Below, in pieces: positions 24,929 through 38,937 of a stretch of 54,458 nt of DNA (position 1 is the first letter of the stretch; each line of letters starts with the position of its first letter). The notes under the pieces were generated by a model that did not search any database, was not told the DNA's origin, and saw only the letters and a program-made list of their open reading frames with translations. The DNA comes from Octopus bimaculoides (lineage: Eukaryota), in assembly GCF_001194135.2 (NCBI RefSeq), contig NC_068990.1, forward strand, positions 64,872,642 through 64,927,099, in the 5' to 3' direction. Made by a program: the position numbers and the translations under genes.

Positions 24929-25406
24929 GAGGAATAGAATAATAATGAATTTTAAATAAACCCTTGTCTTTTTTTTTGTTTCAGAAATAGCAAATGGGTA
25001 TCTAAAAAAGCATTTTTCTACAAGCATTTAATTTAACAAATTGAATATTAATCATTTTCGTATTACGTTATTCTATAATTTAAAGTATTGTTATATGTCT
25101 ATAATTAATAAATATTATATGCTTATAAAGAAATTTTTGGTACAATAAATATGCGAAAAATTACTTTTCCTGTTATCTCATTTTTCGTAGAAATACATAT
25201 TTAATGTAAATTTTATATAATACTTTATATAGATGCATTTATTAAAAAATTCTTTTATAATACAATATATTTTTGACGTCTTGGATTCCTTACTTTCCTA
25301 AAATATGCGATGCAGATGTGAATTCAATGAATGCATTGAGTATATTCACTATTTTCATTTTGTTTCTTTATATACATTGCTTGAAAATATTGAGCTGAGG
25401 ACACAT

Positions 25407-25451
25407 GGACGCACGGACGCACGGACGCACGGACGCACGGACGCACGGACG
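25407..25451. repeat. Octamer tandem repeat (GGACGCAC) x5 plus partial
   Basis: Read directly from the sequence. Confidence 0.9.
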
Positions 25452-25482
25452 GGTTTCTTTTCAGTGAAGGCTAAATACATAA

Positions 25483-26665
25483 CACAAGCCAAGAGGTATT
25501 TGTTTGCTAGGGCGTTTTTACTTGATTTGAATTTGTTTCCCTTTGATAAGCTGAATCCAAAAATAGAATCCATTTTTACCATTACGTCTAGATTTCAAGA
25601 TACCCAAACGCCCCAATCATCAGTAGATGATATGCGTGAGCTTTATGGTGGTCAGTTTTCTCCTGGAGCAACAAAGTTGATACACTAAATGTCCACGTGG
25701 GACAGCATAGCAAGGGAAAAACATCGGATGAGCAAAGAATAGCTGCAGCAAACATTAGTTCCACGGGCTTTTGACTTGGTTGCAGAGCCTTTAGTTCAAC
25801 TGGGAAAAATCGTCCTGCCTCCACTCCATATCAAACTTGACATTATAAAACAGTTTGTTAAAGCACTGGATAAAGATATACTGTACTTTCACTATAACTG
25901 CAGCACATTTCCAGGTCTAGACAATGAAAAGATAATGCTAGAGTATTTGATAGGCCTCAAATCTAAAACTCGATGAAAGATGGGAACTTTGTAAATTCAA
26001 TGAAGCAACAGCATAGAATTCATTTGTTATAGTTGTAAATGACTTTCTGGGCAACAAGAAAGTAGCCAACTATGCCGAAGTAGTCGACAACATGTTAGAG
26101 AACTTTCAAAAGTTGGGAGCAAATATGAGAATAAAACTGCACTATCTTCACAGTCACCTTGATAAATTCCCTGAAAATTTTGGTCATACAAGTAACGATC
26201 AAGAACGTTTCTATCAGGACATAAAATCAATGGAACGAAAGTATCAAGGCGAATGGGTGTTGCATATAATGGCGGACTATTGCTGGAACTTGGTTCATGA
26301 TTTTCCTGAAGTTCAAACACTGAAGAAAATCATTCAAACATAAATTCATGAGAAATGAGGCACAAACAATGAAGTGAGTGATTTGTCTGTAGAAATTTTA
26401 AGATTTTAACTATTTTTCAGTAGAATTTTTAAGAAAACATTCTAGTTTTGAAGAAAAACCAGTTTCTATGTATGTCTCTATGTTATGTCTTGTTCCACAA
26501 AAGCTGTTTTATTGAAAACAAAAAACAATGAAATTCAATGGATTCATTATCTTAAAATTTGATGTGATGGTAATAAATAGATGTCATTTTCGGATTTTGT
26601 GTCAGAAAACCCCATTTCAAGTCCAAAGTTTTAACAACAGAGAAAAATTTTTTTGTTGGCCTGTG
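25483..26665 (+). mobile_element. Chapaev-3-like (CMC) DNA transposon, internally deleted
   Basis: Termini cacaagccaa / ttggcctgtg (9/10), flanks taa and tca, inverted subterminal blocks. Peptides LPPLHIKLDIIKQFVKALDK and KLHYLHSHLDKFP...ERFYQDIKSMERKYQG..MADYCW. The family name is from recall. Confidence 0.72.
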
Positions 26666-26884
26666 TCAGAATTTAATAGTGTTTCACTGAAAACGTCTAT
26701 TAAAAGAAAGTCATATATTTTGAAGACACGGAATATACATTTTACAATATTTACATTTTCTTTAAGTAATTTTCCATTGTCAACGTTCAAAGAGAAGGTT
26801 CTCTTTTCATCATTGTGATATATCTTTCTAGTTATTTTCAAGGAAACTTGGTCACTGTTTCTAACAGAGTAACTACTATTCACA

Positions 26885-26941
<57 letters not shown>

Positions 26942-28199
26942 GTAATATCTGTAGCAGGATGAATGTCATGCAGAATATCTTTTTTAAATAATTCTGTCTA
27001 CAACATCACCATTTCACTGAAATAGCTGATCCAAAACTTCCTTATACGTATACAAAATGGATTTAGTGGATGGATTATTTCCATTCACGATAAGGAATTT
27101 TCTTTTTAAATTTCACAGTTGTTATGTATCAATGAATATTTAAGTGAGAAATTACATATTTACTTTACAAACAACAGACCAGTTTAGCCACATCGAAAAT
27201 AAGTAGTTTCAAATTGTAGAAGAAACTGTATTCAGGAAACCGTTAACTGAAGGCTTTAGTAAATCTGTCGTTACTTTAACTATCTTTTTCTTTCTTCTTT
27301 CAGCTTCCTTTGTCTACACTTTGATCGTTGTATATAAGAGTGAAATAATTGTTGCTATTTTTTTTATTTTTATGGTGGCGTGCGAGGAAAAAATTAAACA
27401 CAAGTCTTATCTTTCTTTACGTTGCATATGTAAATGCAATGAATAAATCGAATAAATCCATTTTTTTTTTGTCGCTTTTTCACTTCGGTTCTACAGATGG
27501 GGAATTAGCAGAATTGTTAAAACGTTGAACACAATGCTATGTAGGTAGTTGTTCCGATTCTCATCGATCTGAGTTCTATCATGATCGATAAAAGAGAAAG
27601 TATCAATTCAGGGCGATGGATTGGCGGAAGTGAAAGAACGACAAATCTTATTCTTTACAGTATCTATTACGTCTCATTTGTTTCCACTGACTTCAAATCC
27701 TGCCACGCCGTTCTTGAGTGGAAGATTTAATTCATCAACTGGTTTAACACCACCACTTGGTACACAAGGTAGGTCTTGGTGGTGTTATGGGCATTGCTTT
27801 CCCTCTTGACTAGAAGATTAAAAAAGTTCTTGAAAATTACCTTGATTTAGACGGACACACAGACAGCCGGACAGAGAAACAAGGCTCTTATTATGATATA
27901 GATTACTATTCATGGCGTTATTTATAATTAGATATAATTATTGTTGTCATTGAAATTATTGTTGTTTTTAGTGTAAGTGATATACATCTGCTAAGAAAAA
28001 TGGAAATAGTTTAAAAGTAATTTTCAAGAAAAACTATGATAAAGAGGTTTTTGCACTCGTAAATACATTCTAATGGGCCATTCCTTCCAGATGTATATTA
28101 GCACTAACTAATAGTAGTACTATTAAGTATTATATGAGCAATTGAGGCATGAAACATCTGTGGAGTTATTCAATCATATATACAAGCATACATGCACAT

Positions 28200-28359
<160 letters not shown>

Positions 28360-28959
28360 AACAAGGGCACTAATCAGCACCAGTATTGCAAGAAATAAGA
28401 GTCAAAACATCTCAATAGCCACAAAATGTCAGCTCATTTTAGTGACGTCACTTTAGCGACTCATATATTTCTGCCTTTAGGTTGTAAAATTGCGAATTAG
28501 CCACCCATATTATATATACATACCTACATGCATACATAAACACATGCATACATAAACACATGCATACATGCAAACATATACATACAGGCATACCTCAACT
28601 TACGTCGGTAATAGTTTCGCACAAACAAGACGATGGTGAGTCCAGCATTCATCTCCCCGCATAACGTGGACACTACTCACATCATGAACATCACGTCTAC
28701 GAACAAGAACAAAATCAATCATTTACAGCTACATCAACCTTGGGTACATCCAGGTCATATTGTATCTGTCTTACTATTGAAACTTTCTATTCACTAAAAT
28801 CAAATCTAGCTCCTGAAATATTGCAGCTATGTTGTTACCATTGCTTGCTAGCATACGTGTATACATACGAACATACATACATACATACATACATACATAC
28901 ATACATACATACATACATACATGCATACATACATACACACATAACCTAGAATACATGCC

Positions 28960-29168
28960 CAAAGAAGTCGCATGACTCTACCGCAACGTATCATGAGATG
29001 AAAGGATGAGCCTGTATCAGCAGAAGACTATACATAGATATGTTACTAGAAAGCTCCGTGATGATAGTAACATCAATCATCAAAGCAGTTTATCATGGTT
29101 GAATAGCTGGATTATTATCTCCCACTTTGAAGGATATGCGTTTGCAATCCAGGAACAGGAAATATCCT
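28960..29168 (+). mobile_element. R4/Dong-like (RLE-type) LINE fragment, copy 1
   Basis: Peptide QKTIHRYVTRKL...SLSW...SHFEGYAFAIQEQEI. Confidence 0.75.
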
Positions 29169-29258
29169 CGGATCTAGGTTAGAAACTAGTTCTTTCTCTA
29201 TTGGCAAGAAATCTTGAAATAAACTGAATAATGTCATACGTACATACATACATACCAC

Positions 29259-30010
29259 CAAAGTAGGTTATCATGGACCATTGGCCAGGTTACTACCTCT
29301 CACTTTGAAGGGTATGTGTTTGCAATCCAGGAACAGAAATTATCAACCAAATGGTTGCACAAAAGAGAAAGAGATGCAGGAAAAGTCGTAAAATTTGACA
29401 ACCGATGCAGACTTTGTGGAGTTCGCACTGAAGATATCACACACATCATAAGCAGCTGTCCGAAAATGTCATCACGGTATTATCTACCGATGAGACATGA
29501 TGTTGTAGCTAGGATACTTTATAATGAAATCCGTCGGAAAGATAATCCCGAGGACAAAGAAATAAGAACACACAATTTGGTAGAAGCCATAGCCACTCAT
29601 TATAAAAAGGAATTCTGGTGGGATGTACCAGTCAAGACCTCAATAAAATGTATGCACAACAGATTTGATATAAGGATTTGGGATGGAGAAGAGAAACCGT
29701 GCACAGTTGTGAAAATCAGCTGCCTCAGCAGATGTTAACATAAAGCTGAAGATCAGTGAAAAAAAGAACATCTATGCTGAACTATTCAGAAATCTGCAGT
29801 TACTCTATGAAGATTACAAATTCAGGTTTATACCTGTGATTATTGGGGCCCTGCGATATGTAACACACTGCCTAAATACTAATCTTGAGAAATTAGGCTT
29901 CTCAAAACAAACCAGGAAGGAGAAAGATAATTCGAAGGTTACAGATCAAACCCACCACTGGAACAGTAAAAACCTGTAAAACTTTCCAGAAGTTTATCAT
30001 TTAAATATAT
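29259..30010 (+). mobile_element. R4/Dong-like LINE 3' end (CCHC knuckle plus restriction-like endonuclease)
   Basis: Peptide SHFEGYVFAIQEQ..CRLC...EDITHIISSC..RHD..WWD....RFDIRIWD, then FIPVIIGAL after a frameshift. Confidence 0.88.
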
Positions 30011-30074
30011 ATGAGCATGTCTAGACATTCAACTATATACATGAGAACATATACATAAAACATACAAACAACAT

Positions 30075-30598
30075 GGTGGAGTATGAGAGAAACATAAACT
30101 CAGATAAATATGTGTCCATATTGCTGAAAGGACTCCTTCCAATCTTCTCCAGTAGTGAAATGATTAAAGAAGACTCTTTATTTATGGAAGATGAGGTTCT
30201 TTGTCACACGGCTAGAATAGAATGACTCAAGATTTGTTGGATAAGAATGACATTAAAAGGCTTCCATAGCCAAGCCAGTCACCAGATAAGAACCCTATTA
30301 AACACTTCTGGAACATAATGAACAGAACACTTCATAAAAAGAACAAGAATACATCCTCAATGCCAGATCTTTTGAGATTACTGCATGAAACTTGGCAAGA
30401 CATTCCGCAAGAGAATATTCGTCAATTGATCAGTAGCATGCCTAATAGGGTCCTTGCATTGAAAAATACGAAGGACATGTCTACTAAATATTAGATATTC
30501 ACATTACAACAATTAATAAATAATTTGAATGTATAATTTCAGATTTAAATAAATTTTAACGATTATAAGGATGTCTGTTTACTTCTGTCACGTCTGTG
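30075..30598 (+). mobile_element. Tc1-like 3' fragment
   Basis: Peptide PSQSPDKNPI; the 3' UTR and TIR are similar to 23810-24146. Confidence 0.85.
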
Positions 30599-30607
30599 TT
30601 GTATAGG

Positions 30608-30665
<58 letters not shown>

Positions 30666-31205
30666 CATACATACATACATACATACATACATACATACAT
30701 ACATACATACATACATGTATATATATATATGATTGCATACGTACGGGCTCGCGTATTTAATGCATATATACTCCATTGTTAATATCTAAATTCCAATGAC
30801 AGAGTTGTGTTTCTGTGTTAGAAGCCGTCTCTTTCTCTATTGGTGAAAAATTGGAAAAATAAACTAGAACATACATATGCATTCACACATGCGCAGCGCA
30901 TATGCATAATGCATTTCTCTTTAGAGCAATTACAAATAAAGCATGAAAGTCACAAATTCTCATTTCTTCATTCACGAAACATCTTGGGATTTCTTGTTTG
31001 TATATAAGAAAATTACTACCCCGAGGATAGAAATAAGAATTTACAGCCAACATAGAAAATAAAAATGTTTGAAATTCCAATGAAAAATCTCCCTGATGTC
31101 TTTGAATGGAATTTAAATGAAATCCCTAGGAAATGTTTTTCGAGTTGTTTACTCATCCATATAGTGTCTCAATTCCGTATATTTCTATTACTTTTTGTGT
31201 TGTTG

Positions 31206-31269
<64 letters not shown>

Positions 31270-31276
31270 CATTATT

Positions 31277-31494
31277 AAGCCTTGAGCTGGCAGAATCGTT
31301 AGCACGCCGAACAAAATGCTGAGCAGTATTTCGTCCGTCTTTCCGTTCTGAGTTCAAATTCCGCCGGGCTTGCGTTTCATTCTTTCGGGATCGATAAATT
31401 AAGTGTCAGTGAAATTCTGGGGTCGATGTAATCGACTAGTCCCTTCCCTCAAAATTTCAGGCCCTGTGCCTTTAGTAAAAAGGATTATTATTAT
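31277..31494 (+). mobile_element. SINE family 3, full length, next to a (TTA)n tract
   Basis: gagctggcagaatcgttagca..ctgagttcaaattccgcc..aaaggattattatt. Confidence 0.85.
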
Positions 31495-31580
31495 TGTTTT
31501 TTGTTGTTGTTGTTTTTGTTGTTGTTGTTGTTGTTGTTATTGTTGTTATTGAGTGAGAGAGCAGCGCATACCATCAAAAT

Positions 31581-31965
31581 TTGTTGTTGGCACTCCGTCG
31601 CTTACGACGTCGAGGGTTCCAGTTGATCCGATCAACGGGACAGCCTGCTCGTGAAATTAACATGCAAGTGGTTGAGCACTCCACAGACACGTGTACCCTT
31701 AACGTAGTTCTCAGGGATATTCAGCGTGACACAGTGTGACAAGGCTGACCCTTTGAATTACAGGCACAACAGAAACAAGAAGTAAGAATGAGAGAAAGTT
31801 GTGGTGGAACAGTACAGCAGGGTTCGCCACCATCCCCTGCCGGAGCCTCGTGGAGCTTTAGATGTTTTCGCTCAATAAACACTCACAACGCCCGGTCTGG
31901 GAATCGAAACCACGATCCTATGACCGCGAATCGGCTGCCCTAACCACTGGGTCATTGCGCCTCCA
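31581..31965 (-). mobile_element. SINE family 2, full length, 11-bp TSD
   Basis: TSD accatcaaaat at 31570-31580 and 31965-31975; tRNA-like head on the minus strand. Confidence 0.92.
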
Positions 31966-33639
31966 CCATCAAAATAACACTGGGGTAAAATATACGAAGC
32001 CCAGTATACCCATCTTGACTACCGTGTTTCCAAAGGTGAATTATCCAAATCTCAAAGAATTCTTCTCAACACATGGCTATTATGCTCTCCCACTACTTCT
32101 ACTCGTTGAGCAACCGTGCTGAGCTGCTTTCGTTAGCTTGCACTACTGTATGTAGTTTTTGTTTCAAGTATAACTGGCATCAATTTATTACTGGTACACA
32201 CGTTAGTTGTGGCCGTGGAATGAAAGACAAAATTGATCCCTGTAATATCTGAACTCAGAAGCTTGGAGTTCGGAACTTAATATTATAAGTCAAGTCTTAC
32301 ATCTTGCATTTTGTGAATAATGATGAATGTAGTGATAATTACCATTCATTTAAAGAAATTATATGAAAGAAAATACGTCCGTCTACCCTTTAATTCGAAT
32401 AGCTGACACTTTCACTCTCTCAAAATAATAGACGTTATTTGTGTGTTTGTGTTAAGTGCTTGTTAGTGAGCACCTCTTATTAGTAATATAATGGCATCCA
32501 TAATAGTGTCGACATTATCATTTAATACTCGTGAACACTGAATTAATACATCAACAAATGAATAGATAAACAAATATAGATTAGTAGTAAGATATACAAA
32601 AATTAACAACGAAATAAAAGACAACAAATATAATTTCCTATGCAGTGACAGATTTATGAGTGTTAGAACAATAGAATGGGTTGCTGCGTACAAACATTTT
32701 TCAAACACCATTAGGTGAATGAAATTATTTAATTTCAACCATGAAATCGAAGCTGAATGACTGTTTAAGCTCACCAAGAGATTATGTTTTACTGAATGTT
32801 CAAGTCATAAATTACTATATGAGAGAAACAACATTATTTCAATTTGTTGGCCTTGTGCTTAAATGAGAACTATTATTTAAAAGGTTAGTCGAGTGACAGA
32901 TTTGGCGGAACAAGGGTTTCTGAATTCAAATCCTACAAATGCCGATTTTGCTTTACATTCTTTAGGGTTTTGCAAAATAAAGTATTATTCGAGTACAGTT
33001 TGTTGATATAATTGAAAGTCTTTATTCCGACTCTTTACATTCACTGTTCAAATCCTGTGGAGGTCAACAATACATTTCAAATTTTCAAAATCGATAAAAA
33101 TACCATATCAAGAACCGGGGACTAACTTTTCTTCTCAAATCCGAAGCTATCTACCTATGTTAGAAAAAAAATTATAACAGCTCTGGGTTTGCAGAATCGT
33201 TAGAACGTCGATCAAAATCTCTTACAGTATCTGTTCTGATTCCTTACATTCTGAGTTTATATCCCGCCGAGATCAACTTTACCTTTCATCTGTTCGGAGT
33301 CGATAAAATAAAGCACTGTTCAAGTACTAGGATCATAGTTTCAGCTAAAACCCTACTCTAAAATTTCTGGTCTTGTGCCTATATTAGAAACAGAGATGTC
33401 GTGCTTCCGGAAAAGTTAAGCCTTCTCATTGAATGATTTCCGGCTCTTTATGTTCTGAATTCTAATCTCGCTGAAGTCAACTTTGCTTTTCATCCTTTTG
33501 GGATTGATAAAATAAAGTACCAGTGAAGTACTGAAATCGATGTGATCAATTAACACCAACCCCCTAAAACTGCTAGCCCTGTGCCAAAATTTGCCACTAT
33601 TATTATTAATATTCATGGCGTATACGAATGTCTTACATT

Positions 33640-34500
33640 CGGAATCAATGTCCCCTGATACCTGGTCACAACCAGTTTCCTTAGATAACGAGGACCTTTG
33701 TCACAATCCTTGCTGTTCCAAATAGGGTAGATTTCTGAATTAATACAACTCTTGTAGTTAAACTAGTCTCAGTAAGGGAGCTGTTAAATCCGTTGGTGAC
33801 GGTACATAGGGCGTCTAAAACAACTGGGATTACTTTTTCAGAAACCTCCAGCGTCATCAACTTTCCTAGCCTTAATGTTTTCCTGTTTTCTCCTGTTCTT
33901 TCAACACTACATTCACGTCTGCAGATACAGCTACATCTATCATGGTACAGTCTTTTCCCCCAGGTCCAGAACCATAATATCTGGTCGCCTGGCATGTATT
34001 TTGCTATTAGTCTGTGAATTAACTTATAAAACCTTATACTGGACTCTCTCTATTACACTTTCTGGCTGATATTTGTACAATGTTCCTCTCTCTTTAAATT
34101 TTTTTTGCTGTAATAGGATCCAATATAGTACCTTGGCCACACAGTTGTGTCTGCGTTTATATTCTTTCTGTACCAAAGAACTACAGGAACTTATGTGCAT
34201 AACGGATTCCTCTTTCTCATTACATACTCTGCACTTTGCACTTTTTGCAGATTTGTGTATTTTGGCTTTAACGATATTCGTCCGCAATGACTGGCTTTGA
34301 GCAGCCATTTTGAGTCCTCCATTTTCTTTCTTCCCCTATAACCAAGACTCTACTTCTGCGACGTCTTGCGCTTGACTCAGTTGTTGACCGTGTAGTTCTT
34401 TTCCCCTGTTGTTTCTTTCTTGCTCCTGTTTTCTTCTTTTCCGTTGCCGTCTCGTCGAAACTGAAAGAATTTTGGAAGCTCCATCAGTTTGTGATTTGCT
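33640..34500 (-). mobile_element. R4/Dong-like LINE 3' fragment
   Basis: Peptides KELHGQ..AAQSQSLRTN..KCRVCNEKEESVMHISSC..YKRRHNCVAK and IPVVLDAL. Confidence 0.82.
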
Positions 34501-35634
34501 TTCTTTTTTAGAAGTTTGTTTTTGTTGATTATATTTTTCTATTTTGTTTCTTAGCTGACCAGGACCACAAAGGACTGATCAATCGCTTTTGTTATTTACT
34601 CGACAGAGCAACATTTTAAAAGAAACATTTCCAATGCGTAGAAGGAAAATGTTCAAAGGTAGCTGAGAGGAGAGTTTGAAAATGAAACTGCCTTTCGCAG
34701 TCATTTCTTACCACACGATACAATTGAAGTAGTAGTAATTTAAAATAGTAGTAACAGTATCAATAGCAACAACAGCAACAACAACAACAGTAACAGCAAT
34801 AATAACAACAACAACTATCACTACAGCAGCACCAGTATCAATGACTATAGCAACAATAACAACAATAGCGGCATTACCAGGAAAAATGATATATTAAACA
34901 AAGCTCGCAATTACGATCAACCAGGAAGCGTGCTTTGCCAACGCTGCCTCCATTTTAACATCAAACTCTAACAGCACAAACAAAATCGCCACAACCACCG
35001 CAATACGAGGCAATAAGGCAGGGACAACGATGATAGAAACAACATCAGCAGGAAAAACACAGCAAAACATATCTCATTTGCCAAGATCACGAACTTTCAG
35101 TATTATATTTCTATACAAAATGCATACAAATTTAGAAGAAACGGAGAGACATATCAACGGACAAGAACAGAGAAAAGTTACACATAGTATACCGGAGCAG
35201 CTTTGAGCTCAAACACAAAGAAAACTATTCTATATAGATGTTTATCGACGTAAAGACACAAATTAGAGCGTATACCGTCATTAAGGATCATAGCAATATA
35301 TTTGGCTTAAACACAATTAATGCGATTATATATATTAATGTCAGACTTTTGTAATATATTTCTGATGTTATTGAATAATAGTTTGTAATATGTATTTTTG
35401 TCCGTTCTAAAAGATTGTTTTGTCTTGTCCAGTGATGCATGGATGATATAATGATCAGGAAGGAATGAAAAATAGTGAACTCTTGTTACTTGGTCACTAA
35501 ATTATATACATGTAAATTAGTCTTGTGTAATTACTTATTAATTTATTCATCAATATACTGCAATTATGGAAAGTCTATATTTCGCTGATAAGGTCTGAAT
35601 AAAACAAATTTATGTGCGGAATTGTCTATTCGAC

Positions 35635-35969
35635 TTCCCGCGAAAATAAACTAATATCAATTTATTAAATTAATATCGATTAATAATTTTTTTCTCCTTA
35701 CTGCATATTTATTTCTAATTAGCTTTCTATTACTCATACATTAAATACATTGTTCCAAACTTAGCATTTCTTTGTTTCGTGTGGATGGAGTCCCTAAATT
35801 AATTATTTACAAACATATGGATGCAGATTTTGATTGTTTAGTTGATTTTCTTTATAAGTATTCGTTCTATTTATTTAATTATCTATTGTTTATCTGTTAT
35901 TCTATATTACCTACGTTCATGGGCGCGAAAACGCAACACCCTATTTACGTCACACGCATTTCGCATGCG
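35635..35969. promoter_or_regulatory. Possible promoter-like motif cluster (E2F-like x2, CRE-like, NRF1-like core)
   Basis: ttcccgcgaaaa at 35635, gggcgcgaaaa at 35921, ttacgtca at 35945, cgcatgcg at 35962. Motif match only. Confidence 0.3.
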
Positions 35970-36289
35970 TCTCTGGAACTCGGTAATGACTGTTTAATGA
36001 CAAACCCCTCTACCAAGTCGTTATATAGATACTTATCAATTCTCCAGGAGTGCTACTGAAAGGCAGACTTGTCATACTTTCAGACAAAGAGATATACAGG
36101 CTGCCAGACAGACAAGCACACACACGCGTGCGCTGAAAAACAAAGACAAGCTGAAAAGTAAATAGAAATAGTTTTTAAAAATTGATAGGCGGAAAGGGAG
36201 AGGAAAGTATTTCTCGTTTCAGATAGCATCTTGAAGGAAGAGAATATTTGCGATGTAGTGAAAGAAGTATGGAAACGACAACAACACCA

Positions 36290-36343
<54 letters not shown>

Positions 36344-37209
36344 GATATATTCCAACTGTCTAATCTGTTGTGTGTATATGATAATAATAATGATAATAAA
36401 TGGGAAAATGTTAATGGCACGTTTTATGCAAGTGAAGGTATGTTATATGACGACAAACTCAAAGTTCTGATGTCACTACTTATGTATAGAAGAGAGTAAA
36501 CACATATCTGCGTAGGCGAGGAAATTAGAGGAAACGTAGAAACGCACAAACATATGTATGTATACCAATATTGTATATCTGTATCTGTTTTATTAGTTCA
36601 GTTTGGAGGAAGAGGTTGTGCCTGTAACCTTTGCAGGCCCTCGATAATCAGTGAGATTGGTGACGTTAACACTCCGCTTAAACTATTTCAAGTTAGCGAC
36701 TGTTAAAAAGAAATGGCACAGGGAGTGAATTAGAGTTTGGGGCGTGTTTGTAAGTTATTTCGTACCAGTCAGTTGGTTGATTTTTCTCTGAATCTGTGTA
36801 GAATGCCTGAGTACAGTAGCAGCACAGTCTCAGAAGTGGTACAGGTACTTCACTGTGGATCCTCAAAGAGTTACTACTTATTGGAGTGAAAGAGAAGGTG
36901 CTAAAATATTTTCTGGACATGAAAAGGCCAGTTTTTGTGATAAATCTTTTCTATGTCAAGAAATGTCCCTCGATAGTAGTGACACCTACCATATGAAGTT
37001 GCCCAGAGGACTCGAGATGCGTTCCAAAGCGTTATCTTGAAGTGTGCGGTGAATGTATGTTTTATATTTATTTTTTCCTTTGAAAGAGACAAGATTGGCA
37101 TAAAATCATTAGCGGATGTTTTCGATATCGCTAGTCAGAGTAAAATTTAATGTGAGATATTTAGGATGCATGTGAAAGACGCTTGGATTCGGAAGATTAA
37201 AGAAGTTAT

Positions 37210-38340
37210 AGAAAGGTGCTTCTTGTACGTAGAAGGGAGCATTTTACTTCTAAGGCATCAACAACACACATGTGGTTGATGTATAAGAGAAATAGTGTAA
37301 TGGACAAAGTCTTAGAGCACACTAGACCTGATAGTGTATCAGAGAGAGCTCCATCTGTAGGGGGCCGCAATTGTACCATCTGACAGGAAAATCCCTGACC
37401 AAGTGATGAGAGATGGAAGGAGCACATAGACTAGCAGTTTCAACAGGAGATTCACTAGTGCATCATCAGTTTCTGTGGTCTTCCCTGAGTTGATCTATTT
37501 TATGGCAATGTTGAATCCCTCTATACTAAGATTATTATCCATTTCTTAAATAGCGTGGTGCTGCGGTAGGTTTTCTATAACGGTCTCATCATTTGGGAGT
37601 GAATTGTAAAAATGATTTGTGAAATACTCAGTCCATCTCCTCAAAATCCCTTCAGGATCACTGATTAAAATGAATCTATCTTTGGAACAGAGATGAGCAG
37701 TAGTTAATTGGCGATGACCAAATATGGTTTAACTTTTGAGGTGTTTAATGAGTGCTACTGGTAACATGGGATCCAATAGAACCTATTGCATAGTCTGGTC
37801 ATCGGCGACTGAACCGGCATCTCCACCAAGCTAGCCTGCTGTAGAGAGTTGCTAGAAACTCAGCTGAACCAGAAACAAGACCTGTCAAAAAGGACAGATG
37901 AATCCAGTGTAGATTCAACAACTATCCAGCAATAGCAGGGGCCCTCGGAAATTCCTGTTGATGTTCGGCATACTGGAAGACCACTGGAAATGAACCACCC
38001 TTCAGCTTTTGTTAAAGCATGTCTCCAGGAGAAGGCCATGCTGATATAAAACCAGATATGCAGGGAATGGCATTAGGCATTTTGGGGATCTTTTGTTCGC
38101 GCTCCCACATTTCTCAGACTACAACCCATATTGGCTATAGATATCTTACCTCGATTTGTTTCTAGATCATGACAATAGGACAGAGGGAGTCTATGAGGCG
38201 CCGTGCAAACCTTTTTGCACTTACAGTCTTGCACCGGCAATACTGACATTTTGCATGGTCATTACTGCTTGAGTGGACAATGTTCTTAATGACCGGTGTT
38301 ATGGTCCAACGATGGTCTTCCTTCGTCGCATGTGCACAGC
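37210..38340 (-). mobile_element. RTE-type LINE remnant
   Basis: Minus-strand peptide GILRRWTEYF....VIENLPQ..MD...GKT resembles the RTE linker before the RT; ends approximate. Confidence 0.5.
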
Positions 38341-38900
38341 CATCATAAATGTATATATATAGAGAGAGTGTTTGAAGTGACGTATACATTTCATAAATTA
38401 AGAAAAAGAAGGTAGTCAGGATTTTGGATGATTTTTATTAGCATATCTCAGGAGTCTCATTCACGGAGATTCTTCAGATATGAGTTTTACAGAAAATTTC
38501 TTTGCCTTTTAGATTTGTGAGAAAAGACAAAGAAATTTTCTGTAAAACCCATATCCAAGGATATGAATGAGCGGAAGCAGTTATTAAAAAATTATCCAAA
38601 CCATTTAATTCCAAGATTTATTTATGTTTAACAACTAGATGAAATTAATAAAAGTATCTAAATATGAAGCATCACCAAAATTGTTCAAACTAAAGTCCTT
38701 CAGCGACACATTTTTCGATTCGAATCAATACGGAATTACCGGTAGTATTTATGGAAGTTTGATTTAGTGTCGAGTGGCTCCTGGCCAACCCTGCATATAT
38801 ATATATATATANNNNNNNNNNNNNNNNNNNNNNNNNNNNNNNNNNNNNNNNNNNNNNNNNNNNNNNNNNNNNNNNNNNNNNNNNNNNNNNNNNNNNNNNN

Positions 38901-38937
<37 letters not shown>

